Part shown: positions 1 through 6,886 of the stretch, piece after piece
Layout: every line of letters starts with the position of its first letter
Position numbering within the stretch: position 1 is the first letter of the stretch
Assembly: GCA_947644595.1 (NCBI GenBank)
Contig: CANSAE010000001.1
Span: 233,605 to 257,604, forward strand
Source of the DNA: an uncultured Clostridia bacterium
GTDB taxonomy: Bacteria; Bacillota; Clostridia; Oscillospirales; Oscillospiraceae
Direction of reading: 5' to 3'
Length of the DNA stretch: 24,000 nucleotides
Position numbers and translations under genes: made by a program
The notes under the pieces: generated by a model
Told to the model about the DNA's origin: nothing
Seen by the model: only the letters and a program-made list of their open reading frames with translations
Databases searched by the model: none

Positions 1-199
1 TAGAAAGCACCATCAATTCATAGTCCGTCACAAATCGTGTGCCGATCTCCATTCTGGAAACGCTGTCCCGCTCCATAATTACGCCTTCGATCTGCAACTT
101 TGCCGCAAGGCCTTCTTGTGTAAGCCTCCGTTTTAGACGCGCTTCCCGTATTCTGTCGCCGGAAACATTTTTCTTCCCGTGAAAGTCATATATTTTCAC
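1..199 (-). CDS. XRE/Cro-C1 family helix-turn-helix regulator, N-terminal part only (gene runs off the left edge)
   Basis: Not in the ORF track because it has no stop in the window. Read on the minus strand from GTG at 199 it gives MKIYDFHGKKNVSGDRIREARLKRRLTQEGLAAKLQIEGVIMERDSVSRMEIGTRFVTDYELMVLS. The RIRE-R-x4-LTQE-LA-KL ... SR-E-G pattern is typical of XRE HTH domains. AAAGGGG lies 11 nt upstream. The start codon is uncertain. Confidence 0.6.
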   Translation of the reverse strand, partial: MKIYDFHGKKNVSGDRIREARLKRRLTQEGLAAKLQIEGVIMERDSVSRMEIGTRFVTDYELMVLS

Positions 200-241
200 G
201 CATACCGCCGCCCCTTTCTGTGTTAAAAATCAGCACTATTC

Positions 242-270
242 TTTACTTTAACGCATTTTTGATGTATAAT
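242..270 (+). promoter_or_regulatory. Sigma-70-like promoter of the HIRAN-like cassette: -35 TTTACT (242..247), 17-nt spacer, -10 TATAAT (265..270)
   Basis: Both hexamers and the 17-nt spacing are conserved in the paralogous block at 15820..15848 (minus strand), while the spacer sequence differs. That pattern is expected for a functional promoter. Confidence 0.55.
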
Positions 271-338
271 CGTGTTAAAGGTCAGAATGCAAACGCGTTT
301 CGGCCCGTTGCCAAAACATGAAAGGAGCTATTCAAACA

Positions 339-980
339 ATGAAAAAGTCAACAATCATCCTATGGGGCGTTGCCGCGCTCTTCCTGCTGTGTTCCCTGCC
401 GTTCTTCGGAAAAGGTGAAATAGCGGAAGGCGTGTGCGGGATCGGAATTGCCGCGGTACTCTTCTTTGTGGGCCTGCGGAAAAAGAAAGCCGCGCCGAAG
501 TCCTCAATGCCAAATGTGCCGCCGATTACTAACGCGCCGCCCATCCCAAAACAACCGGAAGCCCAGCCCGCGGCGGCCCCCGCCGCTATTCCCAGCGCAC
601 CGCCTATCGTAACAGATAAGAAGCCCCCGCAATATACCCAAAACGGTTTTGATTTCCTGCGGGTAAAGGTTGCGGGCGTAACCTTTAAGAATGGGCGCAA
701 AAGCCGTCAAACAATCCTTCGCAAGATCCACTTCAAAGACGAACCCTTTGACAAGGGCAATATGGAATTGACATTGCAAAGGGAAGAATGGGAAGGCGCA
801 CCCGCCTTCGGCGTTTATGTCAACGGCGAACAAATAGGGAACATTCCCGCCGAATATGTTTCCTATGTGCAAGAAAACTTTTCCCGTTGTGAAGGGATCA
901 CAAACATAGAAGTATACGGCGGCGGTGAAGGCCGCAACTACGGCGCGGAAATTATTTTGCGTTTCCGGAAGGAAGGTTGA
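339..980 (+). CDS. Membrane-anchored (2-TM hairpin) protein with Pro-rich linker and C-terminal HIRAN-like domain
   Basis: Track ORF 318..980. I prefer ATG 339, because AAAGGAG (321..327) lies 11 nt upstream and the equivalent of ATG 318 is ACG in the paralogue. The N-terminus has two hydrophobic helices, KKSTIILWGVAALFLLCSLPFF and GVCGIGIAAVLFFVGL, followed by RKKK. The C-terminal stretch VAGVTFKNGRKSRQTILRKI...LTLQREEWEGAPAFGVYVNGEQIGNIPAEYVSYV...EVYGG resembles bacterial HIRAN domains (from memory). Confidence 0.75.
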   Translation: MKKSTIILWGVAALFLLCSLPFFGKGEIAEGVCGIGIAAVLFFVGLRKKKAAPKSSMPNVPPITNAPPIPKQPEAQPAAAPAAIPSAPPIVTDKKPPQYTQNGFDFLRVKVAGVTFKNGRKSRQTILRKIHFKDEPFDKGNMELTLQREEWEGAPAFGVYVNGEQIGNIPAEYVSYVQENFSRCEGITNIEVYGGGEGRNYGAEIILRFRKEG

Positions 981-1045
981 CAAAAGCCGCCGAATTTTGA
1001 AAAATAGGCGCGCGTCCAGCAATCAACCCCACACAAACGAAAAAA

Positions 1046-1081
1046 GCCCCCATGCCAGCCGATAACGGCCAGCATGGGGGC
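1046..1081. terminator. Bidirectional intrinsic terminator between the convergent HIRAN-like gene and the lysis operon
   Basis: GCCCCCATGC (1046..1055) pairs with GCATGGGGGC (1072..1081), and an inner GCCG/CGGC stem closes an ATAA loop. On the minus strand the hairpin is followed by TTTTT. On the plus strand it is followed by TTCTCT. Confidence 0.65.
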
Positions 1082-1112
1082 TTCTCTATGCGTTTAGTGA
1101 ATGGGGCGGGCG

Positions 1113-1613
1113 TTACCCGTTCCACGTGCCGCCCAGCGCGGCCACGGTGAAGCGTCCGGCCTTACCATCTACAATAAGACGGTTTGCGGCCTGAAAGCAC
1201 CGCACGGCATAAGCTGTGTTGCGCTCATATATGCCGCTTGCACCGGACGGCCCGCAATGATACCCGCGGGCGATCAAGGCGGCTTGCAGGGCCTTCACGT
1301 CTTCGCCTTTCATAAGCGGCTTTGTGATTTTTAAGACGCGGGCAACCGTCCAGCCTTCCGCGGCGGTCGCGTCCGGTTCCATCTGTGCCGGATCGCCGCC
1401 GCTTTCGCCAGCGTCCCCGCTGTTTCCGTTATCGGCTTCGGCGGTTTCGTTACTGCCGCCGCCTACGGGCGGGGAAGGCTCCGAAGCGTTGCCCGTTTCT
1501 GCAACTGCGGAGGGCGCGGCCTGCGGCTCTTCTGCCTTGTCCCGCTCGACGGGCGGGGCGGTCTTCGGCTTCCGGCCCGGTTTCTTCCGCGTGGTACTCT
1601 GCTTTTCGCTCAT
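1113..1613 (-). CDS. Peptidoglycan-binding-domain (PG_binding_1-like) protein with a long low-complexity N-terminus
   Basis: Track ORF 1113..1622 starts at TTG. ATG 1613 has GGAGG 9 nt upstream. The C-terminal stretch GEDVKALQAALIARGYHCGPSGASGIYERNTAYAVRCFQAANRLIVDGKAGRFTVAALG matches the PG_binding_1 repeat pattern. Confidence 0.8.
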   Translation of the reverse strand: MSEKQSTTRKKPGRKPKTAPPVERDKAEEPQAAPSAVAETGNASEPSPPVGGGSNETAEADNGNSGDAGESGGDPAQMEPDATAAEGWTVARVLKITKPLMKGEDVKALQAALIARGYHCGPSGASGIYERNTAYAVRCFQAANRLIVDGKAGRFTVAALGGTWNG

Positions 1614-1678
1614 GGTGTGCAACCTCCCTTAAAGAATATCCCCCGCCGCCGAAGCGAACGGCCAGCAGGGGCGGGGCT

Positions 1679-2113
1679 TTATGTATGCTGTTCCGTGTGC
1701 GTCTTCGGAAGGGCGAAAACGGCGGCTTCGATCGCGCCATCAACAATTTTCTTCATGTTGCTGTCAAGCTCCACCCCCGCCGCGGCGATAAACTCATACA
1801 CAAGCCGCGTCGCTTCGTCTTTCCGCTGTGCCTCTTCGATTTTGCTTGTTTTATAAAGCTGTTCCGCGGCCTCTGCCCCCTTCTGCGCCCAGCCGATCAC
1901 CTTGTCAATCAGGGCGAAGGCGGGAACATCGGGGAAGAACTCTTGCAGGGTATCAACCACCGTGTCCGCGGTTTCAAGCACCGTCCCTGTGCCAACCAGC
2001 ACGCCGGAAATGTCAATGCCCTTCTTTACCAGCCGCGGGATCACCACGGCCAGCCCGCCGAATACCGCCAGCACCGCGGCCAGCACTACCAGAAGAATAG
2101 TTGCGTTGTTCAT
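1679..2113 (-). CDS. Holin, LL-H-like family
   Basis: It has an N-terminal TM (ILLVVLAAVLAVFGGLAVVI) followed by a helical soluble part ending in IVDGAIEAAV. It lies directly downstream of the endolysin. The family assignment is from memory of the Holin_LLH architecture. Confidence 0.65.
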   Translation of the reverse strand: MNNATILLVVLAAVLAVFGGLAVVIPRLVKKGIDISGVLVGTGTVLETADTVVDTLQEFFPDVPAFALIDKVIGWAQKGAEAAEQLYKTSKIEEAQRKDEATRLVYEFIAAAGVELDSNMKKIVDGAIEAAVFALPKTHTEQHT

Positions 2114-2152
2114 GTTGTCAAATCCTCGCTTTCTTTATTTATCCGCATACGC

Positions 2153-3052
2153 TCATACAAGCGTAAGATCGGCCAGCTTGACTGCGGCCACCACCACGCC
2201 GCCGAAGGTGATAACGGCGCGATCGCCGGAAATTTCTTTCACGGTATGATCGCGGCCATAGACGAAAGAGGCAAGCCCCCCGCCTGTGTAGGTCTTCGCA
2301 CCTTCCTTCACGCGCACCGTGCTTCCCTCTGTGATCTGCGGGGCGGGGGCGGCGGCCTGCCCCTTGCTTTCCTCCACTATGAACGCGTCCGCGAAGCCCG
2401 CGGCCTTTGCCTTCTGCAAGCAGGCTTCGGCGTTGGCCTTGACGCTGTATGCGCCGATCTGGACACGGTAAAGCGTCTTCGGCTTCGGCACGGGGGCGGG
2501 CGTTTCCTGCGACGCGCCCAGCCGCTTGTTTACCTCTGCGGCAATCTGCCCGTGAAGGTTATACAGATAATCGCCGGGACACGCCTTCGCCGCAAACCAG
2601 CGGTGAACGGTCATGTTCTGCTTGTCCACCTGTCCGATCAAAGCCTTGTCACCCTTCCAAAGAAGCCGCTTGATCCCGTTTCGGCGGCAAATGTCCGTCA
2701 CAAGGTCAAGCAGGGCTTTATATGCCTTGTCGGACACGTGCCACCCCGTTTCTGCGCCGCCGTCGTTCGCAACCTCGATCGTAACGGCCCGGTTGTCATT
2801 GGACGCGGAAGAAGTACACCACGAACGATCTTTTTCCTCAACATACATTGCAATGCGCCCGTCGCTCCCGATCCCGTAGTTGCTGGAAGCCTCCCGCGAA
2901 GACGGCGCAAAGACGTTCCCGCACGTTTCAACGGAAAGATCGCCCGCCATGCAATGAATAGAAATGGTGTCGATCTTGTGATTTCGCGGGCTTGTCTTGT
3001 TCGGTGAAATTTTGGTGTAACAAATCAAATTGCTGTTGCTCATACTCTGCAC
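2153..3052 (-). CDS. Endolysin: N-acetylmuramoyl-L-alanine amidase (Amidase_2/PGRP type) with a SPOR-like and a C-terminal SH3-like binding domain
   Basis: The catalytic region reads IDTISIHCMAG...EASSNYGIGSDGRIAMYVEEKDRSWCTSS...AVTIEVAN...HRWFAAKACPG. The SPOR-like stretch is YRVQIGAYSVKANAEACLQKAKAAGFADAFIV. The start is either GTG 3052 or ATG 3043. Confidence 0.9.
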   Translation of the reverse strand: MQSMSNSNLICYTKISPNKTSPRNHKIDTISIHCMAGDLSVETCGNVFAPSSREASSNYGIGSDGRIAMYVEEKDRSWCTSSASNDNRAVTIEVANDGGAETGWHVSDKAYKALLDLVTDICRRNGIKRLLWKGDKALIGQVDKQNMTVHRWFAAKACPGDYLYNLHGQIAAEVNKRLGASQETPAPVPKPKTLYRVQIGAYSVKANAEACLQKAKAAGFADAFIVEESKGQAAAPAPQITEGSTVRVKEGAKTYTGGGLASFVYGRDHTVKEISGDRAVITFGGVVVAAVKLADLTLV

Positions 3053-3054
3053 CC

Positions 3055-3351
3055 CTATTCCTTGTTTACGTGGCCTTCCAGCGTGTCAAGCCGCTTGTGC
3101 GCCTGCTTCGCGGACGCTTCCACGGCAACCAGCCGTTCTATAAACTCCATGTTGTTTTTCCTCTGTTCCCTCTGTTCGGCTTTAATATCATCAATCCCGC
3201 CTTTGATATAGCCGATTTCGGTTAATACCGTCGCGTCGCTCTTCGCTTCGTCCGTCTGGTCTTTGTCGCGGTTACGGACAAATGCTATATATCCGAAGAC
3301 GATTGCGCAAACCGTACTAACTGCCGAAAGCACCGTTAAAACCTGTTCCAC
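3055..3351 (-). CDS. Small membrane protein with N-terminal TM and C-terminal coiled coil (XhlA-like, lysis-associated)
   Basis: The start is GTG with GGAAAGGGGGTG upstream. The TM is VLSAVSTVCAIVFGYIAFV, followed by the heptad-like IDDIKAEQREQRKNNMEFIERLVAVEASAKQAHKRLDTLE. It sits immediately upstream of the endolysin. Confidence 0.5.
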   Translation of the reverse strand: MEQVLTVLSAVSTVCAIVFGYIAFVRNRDKDQTDEAKSDATVLTEIGYIKGGIDDIKAEQREQRKNNMEFIERLVAVEASAKQAHKRLDTLEGHVNKE

Positions 3352-3355
3352 GGTT

Positions 3356-3895
3356 TCACCCCCTTTCCACCCGTTCCCATTGCCACATACCCGGCGTGTC
3401 AGGCGGGTATACGCAATTCGGCATATCGCCCGCCGCCTTGTAAACCGCGCCTTTGTAGCTGTAATATAGGCCGCTCTTCACGTCCACCACTACGCCCGCC
3501 GTTTCAGGGTATGGGATCGGATCATCTGCCGCCCCCGTGTGCGCCAGCTCCACAAGGCGGTAATATGCGAAGGTAGTTGCCACGGGAAAGGCTTCTGCAT
3601 TCGACGTGTGCGGGGCGACGATCTCATACAAGAGGCCGCCCGCCTTTATAATCTCGCCCACGGTGTTATAGGCGTGATTATCTATGAATTCCGGATAATC
3701 CACCACCGCCGCCGAAGCAAGGATCATTTCATCAGAAATGGCCCCCGTTCCTGCGGCGCGGTCTTGAACGATCTGCGCCTTGAAGGAAAGGGAAAGAAGG
3801 GCGGCGGTGCTGTCGCCCGCCGCCTTCACTTCCCGAAGCTCCTTCTTCAATTCTGCCGTGCCGTCCGGCTTGTCCGGCCTGTGTGTCACGCTCAT
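3356..3895 (-). CDS. Hypothetical protein, translationally coupled (ATGA overlap) to the DGR target gene
   Basis: 179-aa ORF with high GC3, like its neighbours. ATG 3895..3893 overlaps the target stop TGA 3894..3892. I recognise no family. Confidence 0.55.
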   Translation of the reverse strand: MSVTHRPDKPDGTAELKKELREVKAAGDSTAALLSLSFKAQIVQDRAAGTGAISDEMILASAAVVDYPEFIDNHAYNTVGEIIKAGGLLYEIVAPHTSNAEAFPVATTFAYYRLVELAHTGAADDPIPYPETAGVVVDVKSGLYYSYKGAVYKAAGDMPNCVYPPDTPGMWQWERVERG

Positions 3896-5628
3896 TCAAA
3901 ATTACCCCCAATCGAAGATACCCAGCATTCGGAAAGGGCTTCGCCGCGGCCCACGGTCACGCGGACGTTTAGGCCGTACTGCACCGCCGCGTTTTCCGTG
4001 TTCTCGAAGACGTGCGCCACGCCCTGCAAAACCGCGTTCGTGCAATCCTCCCACGCGGGGGAAGGATCGAAGGGATTGTTTGTCACTTCCACTTTGAACG
4101 TGCCGCCCGCGGGAATGTTCCGCGTAACAACCACATTCGCCCGCTTCGGCTGTTGCACCGCTTCCAGCGGCGCGGAAAGATAGATTACAAAGCCGTTGAT
4201 CGCCTTCGTGAAGGTCAGCGTGCGCACCGCCGAATTTCCCGCGCTGTCCGTGGCCGTGATCGTGATTGTGTGCGCCGCGTTCGTCAGCGACGTAAAATCA
4301 TTCCCGGCCAACGTCAGGTTTACAGACTGCCCAAGCGTTGGCGTGTGCGTCTTCAAGGTCTTTCCGTCCACCTTTTCAACTACGGTCACTATGTCGCCGT
4401 CCGGATCGTCCACGGTGTAGGCATAAGAAAAGCCCTCTCGCTTCACTCCAAGATCGGCGTTCTGCCCGGAAATTGTGGGCGGCTGATTGTGGATCACCGC
4501 GGACGGGCTGGAAGTGATATATGCGCTTTCGTTGCCCACGCTGTCCCGCGCCTTCACGCGGTATTTTACTGTGTTCCAGCTTGTCAGCACATTTTCTTCA
4601 AATGTGCGGGCGGCTGTCGCCGCCACCTGTGTATAACTTCCGTTGTTTGTGGCGCGCTCCAAAATATAGGTGATCGCGTCGCCCTCCGGATCGGTGGAAG
4701 CTCCCCACGATACCGCGATTTTCTGCCCGCTGTAACAATTCGCCGGAACGGAAATGCCGGACGGTGTAGACGGCGCGGCGTTCCATTGAAATTCATAATT
4801 CCCCTTTGCGTTGGTGCTGTCAGATACCAAGATTGAAGAATTAAGATTACAAAGCGGGCGCACGCCCCGGTAGCCGCTGTCCGCGTTGCTGCTGAGCAGC
4901 GCGCCCGAAGAATAGACATAGCGCACGTAGTACGAATTGCCGGAATACGGCGTGCGAAGCCAGTAATACCAAGCCGCCGAAGCATTCAAACTGCTGTTCG
5001 TGTACGTGCTGTTTTTCACGCATTCCGCTGTCGGGTATGCAAGGCGGCTTGTGTTGTCAGAAAACAAGGCCAGCTTCACGCCTTCGGCAATGTTGTTTTC
5101 GTTTGCAAGCCCTACTTCCGTAGTTGACGGAAGGTGCATTTTCGCCTTTACGGTTTCGTAGCTCCCGCCGTCCGTAACGGTGTTTTTTGCCACCGTTACC
5201 GTTGTTTCCAGCAGGGCGGCGACAAAGCGATCATCAAGCATTGCAAGGAAGCCCGCCTTGTCGGAATACGCATTGTGACTACTCCAAACATTGGCCGCCG
5301 TTGGCGGCGCGTCCGCGCTGTGCTTCGCGCTGTACCATGTCCCCGCCGTCGCTGTGCTGTTCAGCCATTGAAGAAGGTTTGCGTACAAATAGCGGTTATT
5401 GCCGTACTGCTTCCGGTTGCCGTCGCTGTTGCTTGCCTCGATCGCGTCAAACGCCAGCAAAAACGGGATTTTGTCAGTAATCAGCGTTACGGAATTTGCC
5501 GGATAGCCTGAATGATTTTTGTCCGCAACCTTGAAGACAACCTTTTGTCCTAAAAAGGATTGAAACGCCGCTTTCACGGGAACTTCGATCGTTGCGCCTA
5601 CGGCAAGCGAACTTAAAGCCTTTGACAT
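3892..5628 (-). CDS. DGR target protein: N-terminal lectin-fold-like variable domain (carries the VR), then FN3/Ig-like repeats and a C-terminal domain; probable tail fibre or receptor-binding protein
   Basis: Track ORF 3892..5667 starts at GTG. ATG 5628 has AAGGAGG (5644..5638) 9 nt upstream, inside the RT 3' end. The stretch WYYWLRTPYSGNSYYVRYVYSSGALLSSNADSGYRGVRPL is the ligand-binding end typical of C-type-lectin-fold DGR targets. An FN3-like stretch follows: SVPANCYSGQKIAVSWGASTDPEGDAITYILERATNNGSYTQV...VKYRVKARDSVGNES. Confidence 0.85.
   Translation of the reverse strand: MSKALSSLAVGATIEVPVKAAFQSFLGQKVVFKVADKNHSGYPANSVTLITDKIPFLLAFDAIEASNSDGNRKQYGNNRYLYANLLQWLNSTATAGTWYSAKHSADAPPTAANVWSSHNAYSDKAGFLAMLDDRFVAALLETTVTVAKNTVTDGGSYETVKAKMHLPSTTEVGLANENNIAEGVKLALFSDNTSRLAYPTAECVKNSTYTNSSLNASAAWYYWLRTPYSGNSYYVRYVYSSGALLSSNADSGYRGVRPLCNLNSSILVSDSTNAKGNYEFQWNAAPSTPSGISVPANCYSGQKIAVSWGASTDPEGDAITYILERATNNGSYTQVAATAARTFEENVLTSWNTVKYRVKARDSVGNESAYITSSPSAVIHNQPPTISGQNADLGVKREGFSYAYTVDDPDGDIVTVVEKVDGKTLKTHTPTLGQSVNLTLAGNDFTSLTNAAHTITITATDSAGNSAVRTLTFTKAINGFVIYLSAPLEAVQQPKRANVVVTRNIPAGGTFKVEVTNNPFDPSPAWEDCTNAVLQGVAHVFENTENAAVQYGLNVRVTVGRGEALSECWVSSIGGNFE
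4852..4952 (-). repeat. DGR variable region (VR)
   Basis: It aligns without gaps to 6887..6987 (offset 2035). There are 12 mismatches, and 11 are at positions where the TR coding strand has A. Confidence 0.9.
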
Positions 5629-5632
5629 TCCT

Positions 5633-6715
5633 TCATTCCTCCTTTTCTGAAATTGAACCGCCGTCACGCTCTTTCAGCGCGGCGGCGGCCTTGTTGAAGT
5701 ATTTGTTAAAATGCTGATCCATGTTCCGGATCAAGTGATAGCAATTCCCTTTTGCCGCGTGGCCGCGCCAACTCTGGTATGATTGCTTTACCGCGTCCGG
5801 CTCAATCTTCCCGGCCTCCATCAGCCCGCACAATTTCTTCACCTTGCGGCGGGCGTTGCTCTTTGACTTCCGGCGTACCTTGCGGATCACCCCGCCCGTT
5901 TCCGTCAAATATGTATGGAAGCCTAAAAAATCAATTCCGTTCTTCAACGGATATATAGCCGTTTTCTCATTCAGGGAAAGCCCCATTTCATTTACACGCC
6001 GTTCAATCTCCTTCCAGCAATAGCGCAAATATTCCCGGTCTTCATGGATCAAATAAAAATCGTCCATATAGCGGCCATAGAATTTCACGCCCAATTTTTC
6101 CTTGATGAAGTGATCCAGCGGCGAAAGATAAAGCAGGGCGAAAAGCTGTGAAGATTGATTGCCGATCGGAATTCCTACGTTGCCTTCCGTGCTGTCTATA
6201 ATCATGTCCAGCAACCACACGCATTCGGGATCGTCAACATATTTCCGCACAAGCTCCTTCAAAACGTCATGCCTGATCGAATAGAAGTATTTGCGAATGT
6301 CGCCTTTCAGCACCCAGCCGTCAACGCCCTTCTTCCGGTAAAACCGCCGCATGAACTCTTCCAGACGTTCAAGCCCGAAGTGTGTTCCTTTGCCTTCCTG
6401 CGACGCGTAATTATCCTTGATGAAGGACGGCAAAACCCGCGGCCCTAACACGTTGTCGCATAGGGCGTGTTGCACAACCTTGTCTTTGTAGCTGTTCGAC
6501 ATTACAATGCGTTCTTTCGGCTCATACACTTTGAACGTGTTATATGGTGAAAGGCGGTAAGTTTTCGCCCGTAACTGCGCGCTTAAAAGGTGCAAGGCTT
6601 CCAGCAAGTTTACTTCAAACTTCGCCGCCGCTCCCTTCCAGCGTTTGCCGCGCCGTGCCTTCCGGTATGCGCGGTATAGATTTTCAAAATTCCATACTTT
6701 TTCAAAGTCCGTCAT
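5633..6715 (-). CDS. DGR reverse transcriptase
   Basis: It has the RT motifs, including IPIGNQSSQLFALLYL (the [ILV]GxxxSQ motif diagnostic of DGR RTs) and YMDDF. It is about 360 aa with no intron maturase or endonuclease domains. It lies adjacent to the TR and an Avd-like gene. Confidence 0.93.
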   Translation of the reverse strand: MTDFEKVWNFENLYRAYRKARRGKRWKGAAAKFEVNLLEALHLLSAQLRAKTYRLSPYNTFKVYEPKERIVMSNSYKDKVVQHALCDNVLGPRVLPSFIKDNYASQEGKGTHFGLERLEEFMRRFYRKKGVDGWVLKGDIRKYFYSIRHDVLKELVRKYVDDPECVWLLDMIIDSTEGNVGIPIGNQSSQLFALLYLSPLDHFIKEKLGVKFYGRYMDDFYLIHEDREYLRYCWKEIERRVNEMGLSLNEKTAIYPLKNGIDFLGFHTYLTETGGVIRKVRRKSKSNARRKVKKLCGLMEAGKIEPDAVKQSYQSWRGHAAKGNCYHLIRNMDQHFNKYFNKAAAALKERDGGSISEKEE

Positions 6716-6886
6716 TTATAAAAAAGCTCCTTGCCGTGTGTAACCTCGGCCAAGCCCTGCGGCTATGCTCCGGTATCGGCAATCTTGTATTTATCCCTGC
6801 TGTGGATAGCAGGGAAGGGAAACACTTTCCTTTGATGGTGGTATTGTGTTTTCGGCCTGCGGCCTACTCTGTCGAATGATCCACCG

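Noticed and set aside
197-203. ATG at 203 as the start of the HTH regulator.
   Set aside because: That frame hits TGA after five codons. The HTH frame is offset by one nt, and its first usable start is GTG 199.
318-338. N-terminal extensions MKGAIQT (318 start) and the 42-aa extension of the paralogue (15745..15870).
   Set aside because: These extensions translate the conserved 5' UTR and promoter. ATG 318 has no RBS and is ACG in the paralogue. Both genes share GAAAGGAG 11 nt before the downstream ATG (339 and 15744).
332-1022. Minus-strand ORFs 332..700 and 504..1022.
   Set aside because: They are antisense to the 339..980 gene. They have no RBS and a junk-like composition, while the plus-strand product has clear TM and HIRAN-like features.
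1385-3007. A 540-aa plus-strand ORF, the longest plus-strand ORF at the left end.
   Set aside because: It is an antisense shadow of the holin, endolysin and PG-binding genes. Its translation is Arg/Pro/Gly/Ala/Cys-rich low complexity with no recognisable motifs, whereas the opposite strand encodes well-supported domains.
4790-4851. A search for a hairpin or cruciform just 3' of the VR, as described for the Bordetella phage DGR.
   Set aside because: I found only short direct AAGATT repeats and trivial 3-bp stems. No convincing structure is visible by eye, so a folding program should re-check.
5629-5667. GTG 5667 as the target start, which would give a 35-nt overlap with the RT.
   Set aside because: GTG 5667 has no RBS upstream. 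ATG 5628 has a near-perfect AAGGAGG at 9-nt spacing. The longer form cannot be fully excluded.
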